Assembly (NCBI GenBank): GCA_047495785.1
Contig: JBLDXI010000001.1
Location: 3,782,001-3,846,000 of the forward strand
Source: Lepidodermella squamata
Lineage: Eukaryota; Animalia; Gastrotricha
DNA length: 64,000 nt
Reading direction: 5' to 3'
Positions 61,434 to 64,000 of this stretch are shown piece by piece. Positions within the stretch are counted from its first letter, which is position 1. The number at the start of each line of letters is the position of its first letter. A program made the position numbers and the translations under genes. Below the pieces are notes generated by a model. That model did no database searches. It was not told the DNA's origin and was given only the letters and a program-made list of their open reading frames with translations.

Positions 61434-61526
61434 CAAATAATGAGTAAAAAACCTAATCAATGAGACGAAAAGTAGATGAAATTTGGTCAGGCGAAGTTTT
61501 TCGTAAAAAAAATACCAGATATTCAT

Positions 61527-63156
61527 TCAAAATTTACAAGAGCCGATAAATCTAGGAAACGCGACTGTGTCCCGAATATTGCGAATTCCCAGCGAAAATT
61601 GCAACAATCTCTCGAACCCAATACCGAACCCGGCGTGCGGGAACGAGCCGTGACGCCTCAGATCTAAATACCAATCAAGGCCTTCGAGTTGCTGCGGTGA
61701 TAAACGGCTTTTCAACCGGTCTAAATCGTGCTCGCGAACCGACCCGCCGCAAACTTCAGCAACATTCGGTAGCAACAGATCAACGGACAACGCGGTTTTT
61801 TCGTCATTCGAAGTTCGCATGTAAAAGGGCTTCAGACTAGCCGGGTGATTCGTCAAAAACACTGGTGCACCGACTTTTTGCACTAAATATAGCTCTTGTT
61901 CTTTTGTCAAATCATTCCCGTGCTTGAAAGGTACTGAAAATTTTTGCTTCGACGCTAACAGGATGTCACTAGCCTCGGAATATGGCAATATTTTGAAGGG
62001 TTTTTCAATGAAAGACGCGATTTCTTGACGAGAGCTGAATATATCGTCACTTTTAGCAACAATCTCCAACTCTCGACTAGATTTTTCGTGGTTCAGCACA
62101 AATTTACGGACGAAGTCTTCGATGGATAGGCACAGTTCGTTTAGATCGCTGATAAACGGTATCTCAGCTTCGATCATGTAAAATTCGGCCAAATGCTGGC
62201 GAGTTAACGAATGATCGGCACGAAACGTTGGGCCAAATGTGTAAACTTTTCCAAGGGCTCTGAAAAATTAGGACATAAATAAGATAATTTGTTAATTTTT
62301 ACGATTTTTTTCAACTTACGCGCATAAAGCTTCGAGGTGCAATTGGGTCGAGACAGTTAAATAAGTCGATCCACCGAAAAATCCCAGATTTTTACCATCT
62401 GCTCCTTCAACTTTCTCGACATGTGAGCTCTAAAAACATATTCAAGTTCAATCAAATTTCCTCATAAATGTTGCCAAAGCCGCAACATTTTAAATTTCTG
62501 ATTCTTCAATTTTCGACGCGGGTTTCGATACATCCAAAAAGCGGGAAATTAATGGTATTTATTTAACAGCCTTGAAATCTTGAAAGTTAAATCACCTCGA
62601 CTTTGAAAGCTTCCGATCCTTCTTCGCAGCAATTTTGCGTTAAAATGGGCGGATGAGTCAACACATAACCATTCTTCTCGAAATAGTCATGCACCAGATT
62701 AGCTGCCTTTGACCTTGCGCTGAGAATTGCTCGAAATATTTCATTTCTCGGCCGTAAATGCTGATGTTGCCGCAATTCAACCAAATCCCGGCCATGAGAA
62801 CTTGCTAGCGACGCGATTAGGCTGTCACTTGGGCCAATAATTTCGATTTTATCAGCCACCAGGTCCAAAGCTTGTTTTTGCCCGCGGCTTTTCGCCAATT
62901 TACCCGTAATTTCAACAAATGCGCCAGATGTGAGGTTTTCTTTCGAATCATCCGAGTTGACAACTACTTGAAGGTTATCGAATAACGTGGAGCGGTCGGA
63001 AATGTGAATGAAAGTGACGGTTTTATGACGGCGGACTGATTCGACCCATCCTTGAACGCAGATTTGTTGATCGATTGGTTTCTCCTCGAAAACCTTCGCG
63101 ATTCTCGACACCTTTTTGGACAAATTTCGGTGGAATAATCTTGTTAAATTTATCAT
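61527..63156 (-). CDS. NARS2: Mitochondrial asparaginyl-tRNA synthetase
   Basis: OB fold [39 protein letters not shown]...[17 protein letters not shown] and [21 protein letters not shown]. Exons 63156-62596, 62429-62320, 62259-61527. Confidence 0.93.
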
Positions 63157-63373
63157 TCCTATAAAATGGTATGATGGCATTTAACTAGGATCAAATTTAA
63201 TTCTGTGAAAATCACAAGAAGTTGCGCCATAAAATTCTGAAAGCTTTCATTGAATCGAATCAAATTCGGAAATAAAATGCAAATAAATCACTTGAATTAA
63301 AATTAGCCATGGTTCGAAAGAGAAGAAATTGTCTTTAAACACATGATTTTCAAAATTCGGAAAAAGTCAGCAG

Positions 63374-64000
63374 TTAAGCGTGTTTAGGGTGCTGTTTAGC
63401 AACACCGTCCGGGTTGTAACTACCCGTAATCCACTGGTCGAAAATAGCCATGATAGACTGACGAGCTGATTTCAAGGCCAACGTGTCCGATTCAGAGGCT
63501 GGGTACAAAACAGCGCAATGAGCCGCTTGGGGGACGAAAAACGTGTAAGTCTCATGGTTCGGTGCCAACGGCCAGGTAACACTCAGGCGACTCCATGGGT
63601 CGTAATCACCATTGAAAATGATCGTGTTAGTCGCTTGAAGATCCAGAGAGCCATATTGAATGTTCGAATTAATCGCGCTTTGATTGACAAATGCTGGATC
63701 GCCGTAGTTTTTACCATAAACATCCGAGCATTGTTGGAGGAAGTAAGACAGGGGCAACGGCGCCGTCATGTTCAATTGGCCATACAAGGTTTGATAGTAA
63801 CCAAACTCAGTGCAAGTTTGCCACGTCCATTGACGACCACCGCCCGCGACGCCGTCAGAATCCCAGCTGATTTGCTTCAACATATCAACTCCAGATTGGT
63901 AGGCAGCGTCGAGGCATTTCTGACCAGTGATGCTCAGATAGACATTGTTAACTTGAGCCAAACCGTCGATAGCATTTGGCCAGGCAGTCATGTTACCGCA
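63374..64000 (-). CDS. Peptidase S28 family (PRSS16/PRCP-like), 3' part
   Basis: RQWTWQTCTEFGYYQ, NGDYDPWS and AHC motifs. The ORF runs off the end of the window. Confidence 0.9.
   Translation of the reverse strand, partial: CGNMTAWPNAIDGLAQVNNVYLSITGQKCLDAAYQSGVDMLKQISWDSDGVAGGGRQWTWQTCTEFGYYQTLYGQLNMTAPLPLSYFLQQCSDVYGKNYGDPAFVNQSAINSNIQYGSLDLQATNTIIFNGDYDPWSRLSVTWPLAPNHETYTFFVPQAAHCAVLYPASESDTLALKSARQSIMAIFDQWITGSYNPDGVAKQHPKHA

Noticed and set aside
1-64000. tRNA, rRNA, snRNA, SL RNA or telomerase RNA genes; alternative genetic code
   Set aside because: No convincing motif sets were seen, though a covariance search is needed to exclude them. The conserved genes translate with the standard code once introns are removed.

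Overview
Eukaryotic (animal) genomic DNA with high gene density and very small GT-AG introns (mostly ~45-60 nt). A mollusc/annelid-type troponin C, together with motile-cilium (DRC5) and BBSome (BBIP1) genes, points to a compact-genome spiralian invertebrate; the species cannot be determined from the sequence. About 25 protein-coding genes can be assembled by hand: SLC35/EamA transporter, DCAF13, two ACSM paralogs, ZIP transporter, DRC5/TCTE1, ABHD8-like, nAChR alpha subunit, TRPM channel, three troponin C paralogs, ZDHHC3/7, myosin regulatory light chain, SERINC, TRHR-like GPCR, NSMCE2, BBIP1, GPATCH11, NARS2, an S28 peptidase, three foreign-looking genes and two orphans. Most notable: (1) two co-oriented five-gene clusters with 93-273 bp spacers and an AG acceptor just upstream of most ATGs, suggesting operons resolved by SL trans-splicing; (2) three foreign-looking genes: a secreted fascin-like beta-trefoil plus aerolysin-like protein, a secreted tandem PAN/Apple protein nested on the same strand in a TRPM intron, and an intronless HipA/PI3K-PI4K-like kinase bracketed by a ~168-bp duplication of the troponin C 3' end; (3) an MRLC that can splice in frame onto a ~600-aa low-complexity tail; (4) a troponin C array in which two copies have a degenerate Ca2+ site; (5) a perfect foldback MITE with an 8-bp TSD and a 403-bp tandem array inside an NSMCE2 intron. 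All exon boundaries and family assignments were made by eye without database searches.
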